Notes under the pieces: model-generated
What the model was told of the DNA's origin: nothing
Databases searched by the model: none
Seen by the model: the letters and a program-made list of their open reading frames with translations, nothing else
In this document: positions 12,429-25,174 of the stretch, piece by piece
Position numbering within the stretch: position 1 is the first letter of the stretch
Layout of the letters: each line of letters opens with the position of its first letter
Translations under genes and position numbers: made by a program
NCBI GenBank assembly: GCA_002269645.1
Contig: NIVC01000208.1
Span: forward strand, 186,001 to 250,000
Origin: Macrostomum lignano
Lineage: Eukaryota
Direction: 5' to 3'
Length of the DNA: 64,000 bases

Positions 12429-13009
12429 AATGTCAATTATTACTCATTTAGGTGCCATAAATTAGCTGGATCAGTTAAAACAAAAAATCCGAAAAAATGA
12501 ATAAATCACAAATTAACTTTAATATTACTTAAGCTATTGCTTTCATATTTTTATGTTTTTTTGTCAGCACCAACAGCATACAAAGACAATAAAAATAGAT
12601 AAGTCAAATAGAAAAAACTCACACGGGAGCAATAAAAGAAGATTTGAAGCCCCGATAGTCTAGATCCATTAAGGCGCTACAAGTGCGTTTGAGATGATTC
12701 GCAGATTCTAAAATTTATTACTTCCCCCGCAGAAGAGGTCATCAAAGTCATGATAACCGAGAGGGGACAGCGCTGTTTATGGGTGCGCTCTAGCACTCGG
12801 TGTGGCTAACAGAGACAAATAACTCAATAAAAATAATGTGCACTTTCATTGAGTACTAATATCAATAAACTGCGAAAGCTGCTACAGATTACCTGTAAAT
12901 TTTGTGGCTACTGCATTTGGCAGACTAAACAGCTGATGAGTCTAAAGCAGGGAAAGCTGATTATCAAACAATAAACTGTCAAACAGGAAAATTCAGCAGT
13001 TGACATCCC

Positions 13010-13558
13010 TTAATCAGCTGTTCTCAGTGCAGGAGCGGTTTTCCAGTGTCTGCTTAACTCTTTAATGCCGGCTGCCACAGAGCTGAAGGAATGTCCTGGC
13101 ATCCGCTTGATACGCTCCAGCTGTCTTTTGGGTGGCGGCTTCAACAGTCTTTGCCAGTCGCTGTCGCAAGGCTCAATTAAGTACAAGACCGTCACGTGTG
13201 GGCGTCTCAGAACCGATATCAGCAGTCCGATGGTGACCCCAATTGCTATAAAGAACACGCTGAAACTGCCTATTAGAACAAGCGATTTGCTGGAGTCTTG
13301 CGGTTCTTTTCTAGTTTCAGTTGAATTTTCGCTGCTGCTCTTGTTGTATTGCTGGCTCTTCGGCAGAAACTCGGAGACCGATGGGGGATACGGACACGGC
13401 TCGAAGGGCCAGGGCTGCTGGCTGCACTCCCTGGTGTCTGCGTGCACTGCAGGGGTGTGGGCGGATTTGGGTGGAATACTGGGATGATAATAATATGAAT
13501 TGCAGGAATGCTGTGGGCACCCAGGGACTACTAAAACACTAGACGGGAAAGTGGCCAA
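13010..13558 (-). CDS. Possible exon/ORF of an unknown single-pass membrane protein
   Basis: 182-codon ORF with one hydrophobic stretch (LVLIGSFSVFFIAIGVTIGLLISVL) followed by RR; non-ATG start; no family recognised. Confidence 0.25.
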   Translation of the reverse strand: MATFPSSVLVVPGCPQHSCNSYYYHPSIPPKSAHTPAVHADTRECSQQPWPFEPCPYPPSVSEFLPKSQQYNKSSSENSTETRKEPQDSSKSLVLIGSFSVFFIAIGVTIGLLISVLRRPHVTVLYLIEPCDSDWQRLLKPPPKRQLERIKRMPGHSFSSVAAGIKELSRHWKTAPALRTAD

Positions 13559-16500
13559 ATCATGCAGGAAATAGTGAAAATAGATGCTGAAAAAAACCAG
13601 CTTTCTTCTACGTTCAATTATAAATTCTAGGGAGCACTAGAAAAAATCAACTGCCAACTATTTCAACTGAGCACATACAAGTATCATGTACACGCTCACA
13701 CAGGGTTTAAAGCGGCTGTCTTTTAATCGCAGTCAAACCACGGGTTCAGACGTTTTTAGCACTAGGCTACTCTGCGCCTTCATGCTGGGATTCTGAAATA
13801 ATGTGCTTTATCTGGACAGATTCTAAGTGATGAGATGGATTTTGAAGTACTAGTAGATGGTTGGACTGTTAGGTGGATTGTAAACAATCGGGTGGGATCT
13901 GCGGCAGGATTGAATGTGTTCATGTATGAAATGTGTTCTAGGGGTTTATGAGGTTTATGTGGATTCTGAGGTACAGGTAAATACAAGGTCAAGCCACCCA
14001 CTTGGCAGTGAAAAGACAAATAAATCGAGTCTCACCTCGAAGCTGGCACTCGTCAGTAGAGTGAATATTTGGACAGACATCCGCCAAGCAGCTGTCGTGG
14101 TCGATCTGATTAATTCGAAGCTGTAAAAATTTACAAAAAAGATAAAATACTGAAGCTATAATTATACTGATGGTGTAAATTAAAAAAAATCGATAAATGT
14201 CCATTTTTACCGTGATTCCAATGTGACACACTTTGGGCGAAATGTCTGACGGCAGTTTCCCCGTCATGTAGCAGTAACTGGAGTTGGCTATGCAGGTGGC
14301 CTGAGGATAAAATCGGTGCAAATTAAGGACGTAAAACGTGTGTATTTATTAGAAAACAGACCCGCACTACTGAATTTAGTGAGAATTAATCACCTCTGAT
14401 GGATTAAATAGCTGATATATTTCGGATCCACCAATGCTTAGAAAGTACACAAGCTGAGTCGCACCGAGCTTCTGATACTCGCTCATGGTTGAGAAGAACA
14501 GCATATACTGCTGTGGATCTGCTGGCGACAGAACTCCGAATAGCTTCGGCTCTTCGATGCTCGACGCTAAAATAAAGTCAAAATGTCGGCTTTACGTTAG
14601 TAAAAGTGTAGACTAAAGCAGAGAGATACGACTGAGAGTTGACGAAGCCCCTTTGGCGTTTATTAGATTGATACGCAAGTGTGCAGGGGGCTCTGAGCGC
14701 TGATTAGCTTATATAGGCAGTAGGAATTTAGGTCTTTGGGTTCAATACAAGTCCAAAAATTGATGTAGCTCGTACAGCGCGAGAATCACACGCGTTACCC
14801 TGTTTAGCTACTTTGCCCGTTCCAGATTTTTGGCAGAAGGGAGAAATTTCCACATTGAAGCATCGATAAACTCTCATAAGGTAAAATGTACTTCAAATAA
14901 GTAAATGTGCAGCAAATATTTAAGGATTCAAAACCGTCTATTGAATTTTACACTCACAAAAGATTAGACAAGGAATACTATATTTGACTAATCGCAGCTA
15001 ACAAGCTGTTATGTTTCCTTGTTAATCAAGCAAAACAGCAATCTAAATGTTTTTCTTACCAGGTCGACTACACAGCGTCAACAGCACAGCAATAATACTG
15101 GCTACAGTTTTCATTTCGAAAGACGTATGTTGTTTTCTGTGCGTCGCTTCGCTTCTGTCTCTACTGCAATTCATTTTATGTGTAGATGAGGATGAAATTT
15201 TCGGTAAGAAAGAAAGAAAAAAGTTGAGCATAAAGCAACGACGGAAAAACAGTCAAGATAAGAGAGAGAAAAGAGGCTAGAGTGTACACTGCCCGGTTTG
15301 CGTACTGTCGACTCCATTGCACATGGTAAATGCACCGGTGCTTGATACTTGGCATACTTGGTATACTCGTACTTGGCAGTAGCTACGAGGGTACGAGATA
15401 TGAGTGCGCAGCTGTTTCTCGGTCTTAGCAAAATGACACCTCCCTTATCTGGGGTTTCAAGTAAGAAGCAAGCTTGTCGAGTGCGCCAATTATATGCCGG
15501 CAGTATATTTTAACTAAGATCCGTAATGCTTAAGAAGAACCTGAAAATTGTTTTGTATTTTTCTACAAAACCTAAAAAAACATTCATTATTCTAGAGACA
15601 ATTCTTGTTACAAAGTCAGGATATTCGGTTCGGAACACATCCAGCAGAAACTGAAACTAATTTAAAAAAAGCTATAGCTTCAAGCCAAGATTCAAAAAAA
15701 TTGTTGGTGATAAACATTTACACTTCTTTTAGAGGCCAGTAAAACGCTTTATATTTTGGCACCCTGAAGCAAAATTATTGATTTCCACAACGGGTCACAC
15801 GGTGGTGTGGGGGGACAAGGAAATGGCATGTCTCCCGTAGCTTTTGACATGTCCCCCCGTCAAAAGGAATACTTGATTTCTTTTTCTAACACAGTATGAC
15901 CACTAAAGTCGACAAAAAGAGTCGACTTGTCTATGAAGAAGGTGCTTTAGACTGCCCCTGAATATTGTCTAGCCACTCATTATAACCTTCTAAGACGCCG
16001 ATTCCAGGTACAATTCGTCGTTCTCTATGCAGCTCTGAAAGACACAAAAAGAGATTACACGACGCTCCAGCTTTGAGTTAAACAAACCAATGAAAAATTC
16101 AGGTCATTGTTTCATCGCGGTTGTGGCTTCCTTTCATTTTACTTCCTTTTTGCTTAAACTATAAGTCGCTAAATTCCGGTTCGGTCCCTTGTTGAGTTTA
16201 AAGCGTGTCGTGAATTTTTTAAGCATTTCCTATTTCACCTTCACTCGTCTCTGTTTATTCTGTTTTCTCTCTGTCTCTGGTTCAATTTTGTTATTCGTAT
16301 CTCTCTCCCCTGGCTTCTGATTGGCTCTCCATTCTTGCCTCTTTCCTCAGTCGTGCACTTCACCCCTCTTCGTCTAAATCCAATTGCACTCAAAGCCCAA
16401 AATAAATGCCCTAAATAAATCGGTTTGGGCCCTGCGCCAGACTCACGTCTCTCTTATTATTATTCAAGTTAACTCAATTTAGATAGTTTTAATAGATTTA

Positions 16501-17195
16501 TAGATTAATAGATTTAATTCTCTATATGGCGGCTAAACAAAATAAGTTAAAAATAGAAAAATTAGGTTGAAGGGCACAGGCCAGTATTTTTTGTCTTCGC
16601 TATTCCCGCTGTCGTCTGGTTTCGCTGTCCCTTCGCTGGTGCCTTCCAAAGCACGCAGTTTCATAGGAACGCCTTACACTGGCGCGATCATTGGCATGTC
16701 GTAAAGTTTAAAGAAGCCGAGCTGACAAAGTTACAAGTTACAAGTTCGAAATTGATTTACACAAGTAGCCTTAAACATAACTGTACAGTTAGGTTGATAC
16801 TGAATGATTGTCAGGGTACGAGAATCATATCATTTATGCAGTTAGATTACTGGTAAAATATATGACAGATTCAACCAGTGGAGTTCCTGACCCTGAAGCA
16901 TTACAACTTTGCTGTGCTGACTAGAATTACATTTTATGTATGCATGTACTTAATCGCTATGTACTTTCGTCATTGTAATTATACTTTTACCCAGACGCAA
17001 TAACAAAATATTTTAGCCATTATTCCACAGTTTTGAATCAATTTTGATGTGTACCATAGACATTTGGATTGAAAAAATCCATCGCTCAGTATTTTTGTTA
17101 ATAAATACAGAACAACAAGAAGTAAATGAACTAAAAGGAAAATCATTAAAACTAAAGTACCAGCTACACGAAAAGAGTTCATAATGTAAGATTAC

Positions 17196-17304
17196 TACTA
17201 GGCTTTCGAGTGCGATAATAGTCTTGGCTCGAGTGCGCGAAGCGAAGCACGTACGCGAAGCGCACGAGTGCCATAGACTATTATCGCACGAGTAAGCCTA
17301 GTAG
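17196..17304. mobile_element. 109-bp palindromic hairpin element flanked by TA
   Basis: Arms ctactaggctt..gtgcgataatagtc.tggc / gcca.gactattatcgcac..aagcctagtag; TA at 17194-95 and 17305-06. Confidence 0.65.
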
Positions 17305-17310
17305 TAGGCA

Positions 17311-19257
17311 TATTGTCCCATGACTGAGCGTGCGTTGAAAAAATTCTTCGTCACAGCACTGTACTTTATTATCTGCACGCTTTTTGTTCCTGCAGCTAGG
17401 AGTTCCTACCATAGACATTTTCTTAGTGACCATAGACAATTTCTTGCTATGCACAAGCTTCTGATCGTGAGTTTGGCCCCATATGGATTCATTATTTCCT
17501 AACGGCATGAGAAGCGGCATGACGGCCGGTGAGATCTCCCACCATATGGAGTGGGCCGACGTTGAGAAGCTTGTGGACGAGCAGTTACGTCTCCAAACAA
17601 CTAGTGTGGACGACAACGAGGACCTGAACTGCCTATTCGACTCCATCCCTGATTTGAACGACGACGACGAACGGCCTCGATCGAACTTGACGCATCAATC
17701 CGGGCGCTGGAGCAAGAGACCGATGTAAAATCGTCTAAGAAGCATGAGGCTCAATACGTCGCGAAATTTCGCGATTTCTTGGCCAAGTATCCGCACCTGC
17801 GCGTCGATTTGGACACCTCGCAACCTGAGGAGCTGAGCGTTGGCCTGCGCTACTTTTACGGCACTTCGCAAGACTGATGACCAGCCGTATGCTCCTAGCA
17901 GCCTCGTGTGCATTCGCGCTGCCTTGTTCCGCTACCTGATGAAGAACCGGGGCATCAACATCATTTCCGATGGTCGATTCTACTCTGCAAATCAAATGCT
18001 GAAGGCCGGTGGGCGTCTTTTCTTTGCCCACGGTGGCCGCGTGGACCACTTCCAGGCCATGGAGCCATCGGACCTACAGAAACTGGGTGACTACTTCGAC
18101 CAGAGCACTCCCACTCGCCTTCTGCATGAGACGTACTACAACGTCGTCTTCTACTTCGGCACCCGTGGTCGAGATTGGTTGAGGGATTTGCGGGTGGACA
18201 GCTTCGAGTTCGACAAGGCCCCCGACGGTCGCGAGATCGTTCGCCTTCGAGAGAAGCGGGTGAAGAATATCGCCAGGGACTTGGGCCGTGCCGCTAGCGA
18301 CAATGTCAAGGAGGCTGTGATGACCGAGTCTCCTGTGAGGTGCCCGGTCGAGTGCCTCCGACTTTACCTCCTGAAGAGAAGTGCGTCAATTCCTAGCTCT
18401 TCATCTTGTGGCGAAAAGGCGTCCGATGACGTGGCGTTCTTCCTGAAGCCGAAGGTTAGTGGTTTCGAGAAGAGGACGTGGTTTTCGCCCAAGCAGCCTA
18501 TTGGCATTAATGGCTTTGCCGAGCTCTTCCCACGCATTTGCGAGGCAGCCAGCTTGAGCCGGCGCTACACTGCGCACTGCGTTTGGTCCATCGTCATCAA
18601 GGAGCTCTCCGTGGCCGGCCATTCAGTATCCGACATTTGCAAGGTCACGGGGCACAAGGCCACGGCCTCTGTCGAGCGGTACCTTCGATTCGGGTCACGC
18701 CGCGTTGGCGAGATGCAGGACATGTGCTCGTCGTTGAACACGGCGATGCACGCGAACCAGGTGGCCTGCGTCGATAAGGAGGTTTTGGCGCTTCCGTGCA
18801 AGGTCCCGCGACGGGCCGTGGCGAATACGGACGATCCTGCTGCTCGTGTGATCGCGGAGCCCCAACCACCAATACTACTGGGCCTGTACCGCAGGTTGTA
18901 TTTAATTTCAGTGGTCCCGTCACCAGCTGCACGTTTGGACGCATCTAAGATCTTCGTCGACCTTTCTGCTGTCATCTGTTTTACTGCTGACTTTTTGTTT
19001 CTATGCATCGGTGTCAAATTCTGCTGTGTTTTTCCCCTTTGTTTTAATAAACGTTGCTTGCAAACTGCTGTTTTTTTGTGGCGCTGTACGCTATTATCTG
19101 CACGCTTTTTCATTATCTGCACGCTTTTTTCATTATCTGCACGCTTTTTTCATTATCTGCACGCTTTTTTGGCTACGCCGCATAGGGTTGGGCCATAGAC
19201 TGTAAGATTAATGCACGCTTTTTGAACAAAAAACGCACGCTCAGTCATGGGACAATA
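17311..19257 (+). mobile_element. Crypton-like tyrosine-recombinase element bounded by 26-bp perfect inverted repeats
   Basis: tattgtcccatgactgagcgtgcgtt (17311-17336) and its reverse complement (19232-19257) enclose one recombinase gene. Confidence 0.8.
17483..18900 (+). pseudogene. Tyrosine recombinase (Crypton/DUF3504, ZMYM/KCTD1-related type) with two frameshifts
   Basis: Joined frames give ...LRYFY/LRKTDDQPYAPSSL...FGTRGRDWLRDL...FFLKPK...QPIGINGF...YTAHCVWS...VTGHKATASVERY. HxxR reads HCVW (TGG at 18584). The 3' boundary of the true CDS is approximate. Confidence 0.8.
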
Positions 19258-20005
19258 AATGTCACAGCTAGTGCAGTTTATCAGTTTGTAGTCGAAATTT
19301 GACAATGTAAAAATCAATTTGTCACCCAAAGTGAAACATGCACAGTTCTCAAAGCCGCAGTTTCACTTTAGCCTGATGATTTGGCACTGCAAAAGGAGTT
19401 GGTCTATGTTGAATGTTTTCTATGAAAGAGAAATACAGGTGCTCAAGTATAGTTACCGAACTTACCATTTGAAAGATGCATGTCTTGGTTAAGTTGGCTT
19501 GCGACTGATAAGCTTCTTTGGTACCGCAGTATCCAAGCTGGGATTCTTTGGGACTGTCGGCTGCTCGACTGAATCGATTGGCCGCTTTGAGACATCGCTT
19601 ATAGCCGTCGAGGCGTTGAAGACTGCATGGTCACGTTTTCTTCCTAGGTAGCGCCGCACGGTTCGTTCAGTCTTCGACAGGAAGATTTTTTCAATTAATA
19701 AGCGCGGCTGTTTGACGAGATGCACTATAGCCATAGTTGTTTGACAAGACAAATAGCTTTTTCTCGCACTACTCGCTTTCCTGATTTCTTGCAAGACCCA
19801 AGCAAAATCAGCACTCATCACAGTGTTGTCTATGGTCAATCTAAGCCACACAACTCAGTCGTCTATGGGTAAAACAACTCTTAAAACAGCCAATTGAAGC
19901 ATGATAAAAAGTGTGGAGTAATGACAGCGACAAAAGTGTGGAATAATGGCCGCAAAAGTGTGGAATAATGACTGAGCGCTGAGTGAAAGTATAAATACAA
20001 TGCAC

Positions 20006-20088
20006 TTGTATAGTATGCAACTTCGTTGAATAATGGCCATAGACACTCGATTTTTGGCCATTATTCAACTCAGTTGCATACTATACAA
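20006..20088. repeat. Inverted repeat/hairpin with ~34-bp arms
   Basis: ttgtatagtatgcaact..gttgaataatggcca / tggccattattcaac..agttgcatactatacaa. Confidence 0.8.
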
Positions 20089-20980
20089 TCTACCATTGCT
20101 CGTTTACTCGTATGTTTGTGAGTCTCCATGAAATTGCGCGCGAGCTTCTGATGGTTATGCAAGCTCGTGCCTGCTCTCTAAAACCCCAAAGTACTGACGA
20201 AACTGCGTGATTTTACCACTTAGTCATTGCATTTCGGATTTCGGAGCTAAAAGTGTAGTGTTTGAATTGCAGTCAAACAATATGTATTCTTATAGAACAT
20301 GTGAGTAAGCTCGCAATATGACAATGCCTTGATGGAAAACCAAAAGCAAAAATGCTTTTTTGATTCCAGTTCCTCTTAATCTTTAAGGTGCAGTGAACTG
20401 GCTATGAAAGTTATTATGATGTTTTAAATTGATAGCGGAGAAGCTGTCAAAAGAAAATATTTTATTATCTACAAAAAAAGTTTAAGATTTTAACAATGAA
20501 AACGCGCCACCATTCTAAGAAACTAAGCTAAAAATTGCAGTCAAACACTACACGATAAGCTTTGTAAAAGTAGCTATAGGACTAACTAAAAAAGGCAATA
20601 AAATATAATAAAAAAGTGAATGGCAACTGTGTTACACGACAATAAAAGCAGCGACAAAAAAGCGAAATAAATTAAGAGTTCAAAATTTAAGACGAAAAAA
20701 TTCTTATTTCCTAAATTAACAGGTTTTGATAGATAAATTTTAAGAAAAAATGTAATAAAATGAATTTTTAAGATTAGTAAAATTAACACAAAAAGAGGAT
20801 TATAGAAAGAGCTTCCTACTGCAGTATGTATCCTATTTTAGAGAAACTTCGACCATATGCGGACTAAAAGTAAACCCGCCAAATATTTATTTTACATTTA
20901 AGTTTTAGTTACGCCATTTGGTCGTTATGTGTAAAATATTGTTTAAACCGATATTGAAATGTTACTGCTTTAAAAAGCAC

Positions 20981-21725
20981 TCAAAATCCAAAGATCACTT
21001 CACAGATGTTGATTGAATTGTCCAGCAAACTGAATATTCCGAATTTGGTGCCGAAGGCCTTGCACTGGAAGGTGGCCACGGAAAATTTCTCTGTGTTCAG
21101 TCGGTAGCACTCAGAGCCGTCCACCTGCAGGGACAGCTTTTTCAGTCGGTAGCTGCAGCAGTCCTGACGGTTGTAGATTGTGGCATGCGAGACGAAGGCG
21201 GTCGGGACAGCTGAGCCTCCCACCAGCCCAGCTGACCGTCAGCCGTGTGGGTGCAGGATCGATAATAGTAGTCCTGGTTCGTATCGCCATCGAATGCTCT
21301 CTCGCAAACTCCATCCATCTGGACTGAGCTCTGGTTGCAGCTGATGAAGCTCAGCTTCACTGCATCTAGAATGCAAAGTATAGCGACATATAGCGACATG
21401 CATGTATGTGCACCGTGCTCTCAAACTCACCATTCTTGGCGGTGTAAACATCGCAGACATCCGAGCTCATCCAGGCGTCATTGTGGAAAGCATTGAAGTT
21501 GAAAAATATGCACAGACCCTGCATTAGCCAGCTGAAGCCATAGCAGTCAGATCTCAGAGTGCACAGCTCGGCGCATTTCAGCCTGCCGATGATAGTCAGA
21601 GTCTCCATGGCAACCGGAGCCAAGTTGCTTCGCATTTTGGCAGTGGTGAACATGACTCGAGTTGTCGCTGTTCTAACAATAAGAGCTACACAGAGCAGCA
21701 TTATAAGAGGATAATTGCTACTCAT
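20981..21725 (-). CDS. Secreted PAN/apple + F-type (fucolectin, F5/8C-like) lectin; 2 exons (21725-21431, 21365-20981) with one 1-bp frameshift near 21205
   Basis: Signal peptide MSSNYPLIMLLCVALIV; PAN-type CAELC...C.GF...C; 65-bp GT-AG intron keeps frame (N|D); FTP motifs AFDG.TN..Y..SCTHT...WWEAQL, YNRQDCCSYRL, NICEV. Confidence 0.75.
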
Positions 21726-22520
21726 GATTGAATTTTTCAAGTTTATGAAGTTACGAGTTTATGTCCACGTTAGAAATGCTTGCGGTTCGCTGATTGGCCA
21801 AATTTGATTGGACAATGACAAAAGCATTGAAGTTTAGTTTTCATTGTTTTCGGATTATAAAGGGGCTTCGGTTCGAAGCTTACCTAGATAGTCGCAGTAT
21901 TATCGTAAGTTTGCTACTGTCTGCGTTTGTAAATTTTAGAAGAACGAAAATAAAAAGAAAAGCTTTAAAGCTCATGGAGAAAAACTAACTACGAGTAATT
22001 AAGACATGACCGAGCTGCCAAAAACGTTCGTCCAACGAAAAGGATATTTAGTCAAAGTGAATAGTCGTATAGTTCGTTAATAAAACTTTGGAACAATGTG
22101 AGACATTTAATCAAAGAAAATACCGCAAATTTGCGGCTCACTTACTCTTAGTAGCGTCATATGCATGTTTGTATATCTGAAAAAAGAATAGATGAATTAG
22201 CCGGAAATTTGTTGAAAAAACCTGTAAATCGGTAAACTGACCTGATCCCTATTGTAAAAATTTTACATGCATTACACATTTAGATATACGATGAAAGCTT
22301 AAATTCGCTGGACGACGATAAGAAAGCTGAAACTGCTGTTCTGCTACATATACGGGCGTACATGCAGCTATTGAGCTGATTGAAATGACAATTTTAATCA
22401 GGTATCTTCGTTATAGTTGCACGTACATTTAATGAGCTCATTAAATTAAATTAAATTAAATTAAAGAGTGACTTATGTACAAAACTAAATTTAGATGTAA
22501 ACTCAATTGGAACAATTTGT

Positions 22521-22859
22521 TTGTCAACTAAAGAGCTGAAATGTCAAGGTTTTATCTATAAAATTCCTTCAAAAGGTAGTCGGTTTTGCTTGCCTACTTT
22601 AACACCAAGTGGTATTTCTATAGCCTTAATATGTCATATAATTCAAGTTTCAAATAAATGGGTTCTTGTTTGCAACAATGTAAAGACAAAATTTTCTTGC
22701 CATAACAATAGCTTCTTGTGTACTATTGAAAGTGACAATATAATGTTCATTGAACCCACAAATCATTTTAATCATCAACCAGTTACTTTGCTTATTTTCA
22801 ATGGGAAACTATTTTCTACTCTAAAATATTATCCAATATGGACTTCTATAGATGATTAA
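22521..22859 (+). pseudogene. Possible C-terminal fragment of an animal EnSpm/CACTA-like transposase
   Basis: Pattern F.CH..SFL...F.EP.N..N.QPV.L..FNGKLF.TLKY resembles such C-termini; by-eye match only. Confidence 0.35.
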
Positions 22860-22873
22860 ATTAATAGTAAATG

Positions 22874-23759
22874 TGTAGCTATTATATGTATAGTGAGGCA
22901 GGATTTAATTAACCTATAATTAATACTAACAGTAGTTAAGCGCGAACCAAATTCTCAACCAATCAAATAATTTCTTTAGTTGTTTAAATGCTATCCTTTT
23001 TTTGTTTTAATTCTTGCTAAATTTGTTTTAACTCACCAATTTTGTTTTAATGTAGTCCTTCTTCCCAAAATATTTAGTATAAAAGGGATCCGGGTCAACT
23101 CTAAAATAAAATAACCTTTTCTTGTTTGGCATTTTGCTCTTAACAGTTCTTGCTGTTTGTGAGAAGCTCTTAGTGGAACAAATTAAATTTGGCTAAGACT
23201 CATCTCGTTATTTCTTTGAGAATAGGGAAAATTGAGGTCGTGGAGACCCAAACTAGGGATCTGAATAGGGAAACTTGAGGTTGTGGAGACCAAGAACTAG
23301 GGATCTGAGTAAAGAAACTTGAGGTCGTGGAGACCCAAACTAGGGATCTGAATAGGGAAACTTGAGGTCGTGGAGACCCAAACTAGGACCTGAATAGGAA
23401 ATCCACCAGAGGTCGTGAAGACCCAGGATAGAGGCCAGAAGGAGAATCTCGAGGTCGTACAGACCCTAAGAAAGCCGTACAGGCTACAATAGACATTAGG
23501 CGCTAAAGAGATTAGGCATTAGGGAAGTAGATTAGTTACCACTGGACACCCTTGATCCTCGGAAAACGTCAGACTTAAGGACTGAATTAGGGAATTAGAC
23601 AGTGGCTTACCGCTTGGGCACTACACGCTATCACAAGGTTTCTAAGAAATCGTGTGAGTTAGGAATTCCTAGAAAAATTCATAGTTTAGAATATTTAAAG
23701 TAGGCATTTAGTGATATTAGACGGGCAGCTAGGTCTACAACTTGGTGGCACGGTGAAAT
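22874..23759 (+). mobile_element. Putative LTR (~870 bp) followed by a tRNA-Leu-like primer binding site; no gag/pol downstream
   Basis: TGTAG start (22874, uncertain), TATAAAA ~23079, 43-bp tandem units 23220-23430, CTACA end (23739), TGGTGGCA-CGGTGAAAT at 23743-23759. Confidence 0.45.
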
Positions 23760-24310
23760 ATTAGGACAGGAGTTTCCCCTAGAACAATAGTAAAATAAAG
23801 GTTATTGCTAACTTACAAATAAATACAAGGATTGCCTTGCCTCAAGCACTAGGAAATTTGCTCTCCAATTTTAATAGATTTCTGGTCTATATGTATAACA
23901 ATTACCTTTTTATGACAGATTGGCTTGCCCATTCTTGATTAGGCTAGACCTATTAAGTGGATGCCGGTTTTCGAATTATTTCCTTGCCTAAAATGTATTA
24001 ATTCTGCTGTACTGTCAAAATGTTGACATTTGAAGTTGAAGTTAAAGCCTACAAGTAAATCATCTTGTACTTAAGTCTATGTTGGACTTATCAATTGATC
24101 AAAATACAAAATAAAAAAGGTTTAAAGCCCATTCATATCCATCCATCTTGCTCTTAAGTTTATGTAAGACCTTTAAAGTAAAAAAAATTAAAATACAAAA
24201 AAATTGCACTAGGTAAATTATTATTTGCACTTCCCTCCCCACTTTTTGACTGAGTATGTCTCACCAGATCTATTCTGATTGGAGTTGTTTCAATCTACTC
24301 TCATTTCAGC

Positions 24311-25151
24311 TTCGAATCTGCAACTTAAACGAGGAGAGTAAGAAGCTGTTACCAGCATCTGGGCTCTCCCTCGCCGAATTAAGAACTAAGGGCTGCACTA
24401 AATTAGGCATAGAAGATGCTGAAAACGTGCGCATCGTTACAGCCGACGGGTTCGAAATCGACGATGACGAAATTATAGCGGAGGTAGCTAAAGAAGGAGG
24501 GAAATTTTTTTTCTCCTTCAAGGTGAACTGGTCCCAGTGCCACCTAGTCAATTGCTGCCTGAACCGTCCACTGTGTCTAAAGTGGATCGGACACCGGATG
24601 CAGTGAACATAGCTGCAGCATCTGATCTGACAGTATTAGTGACACCCAATCGAGTCCAGCAAACCCCAGCCGATACTTTGATGGCGTGGCCTGCGGTGTA
24701 CTCGCTTCCTCGTATGGATTTCCTTAGCGATGCTCTTTGCGAACTTCGAATGCACCCTGATAAGGGTGTGGATTTCAAGCTGAACTCAGCATTTGTTAAT
24801 AAGTTCCTAAAGTTTATTGTCGACGACGTCACCTCGAAGTATTTGTCACCAACTAATCCATACCTATCATCGAGCCAATTAACGGACATCTGTACGGCAA
24901 TCATTACCTCGTATCCTGGCTTAAAAGACCGGTCTCAGGATGGGAGCTCAAGCTTTTGGCGTACGAAGGTTATTCGCCGGTTCAAAGAACTTCGATTCGT
25001 TGGTAATTTTGCCGACAAAGACAGTCCCATCATGCAATCCAGACGTCAAAAGCACGGGCGGAAGAAGGTGAAGATTACCAGCAGTGCCGGTCTGAGTGGA
25101 GTTTTGGGGCATCAAAACTGGCCCAAAGTTTTGGCCTGGCAATTGAATTAG
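24311..25151 (+). pseudogene. CIDE-N-like domain plus SAMD3-like transposon-associated domain, frameshifted at a T-run
   Basis: After tttcag acceptor: LRICNLNEESKKLL.A..SLAELRTKG..KLGI...VRIV.ADGFEIDDDE; then YLSSSQL.DIC.AII..YPGLKD...FWRTKV.RRFKELR. Confidence 0.5.
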
Positions 25152-25174
25152 GTGACTGCATACTAATCTCGGTA

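Noticed and set aside
14300-17180. Short ORFs and possible TE ends in AT-rich intergenic DNA
   Set aside because: No paired termini, splice-consistent frame or protein motif could be supported
19489-19851. Minus-strand ORF ending KTERTVRRYL, superficially like a tyrosine-recombinase C-terminus
   Set aside because: Lacks the HxxR and GH motifs; similarity too weak
23220-23430. Regular ~43-bp repeats resembling a CRISPR array (also 57653-57845)
   Set aside because: No unique spacers, no cas genes, eukaryotic context; plain tandem repeats
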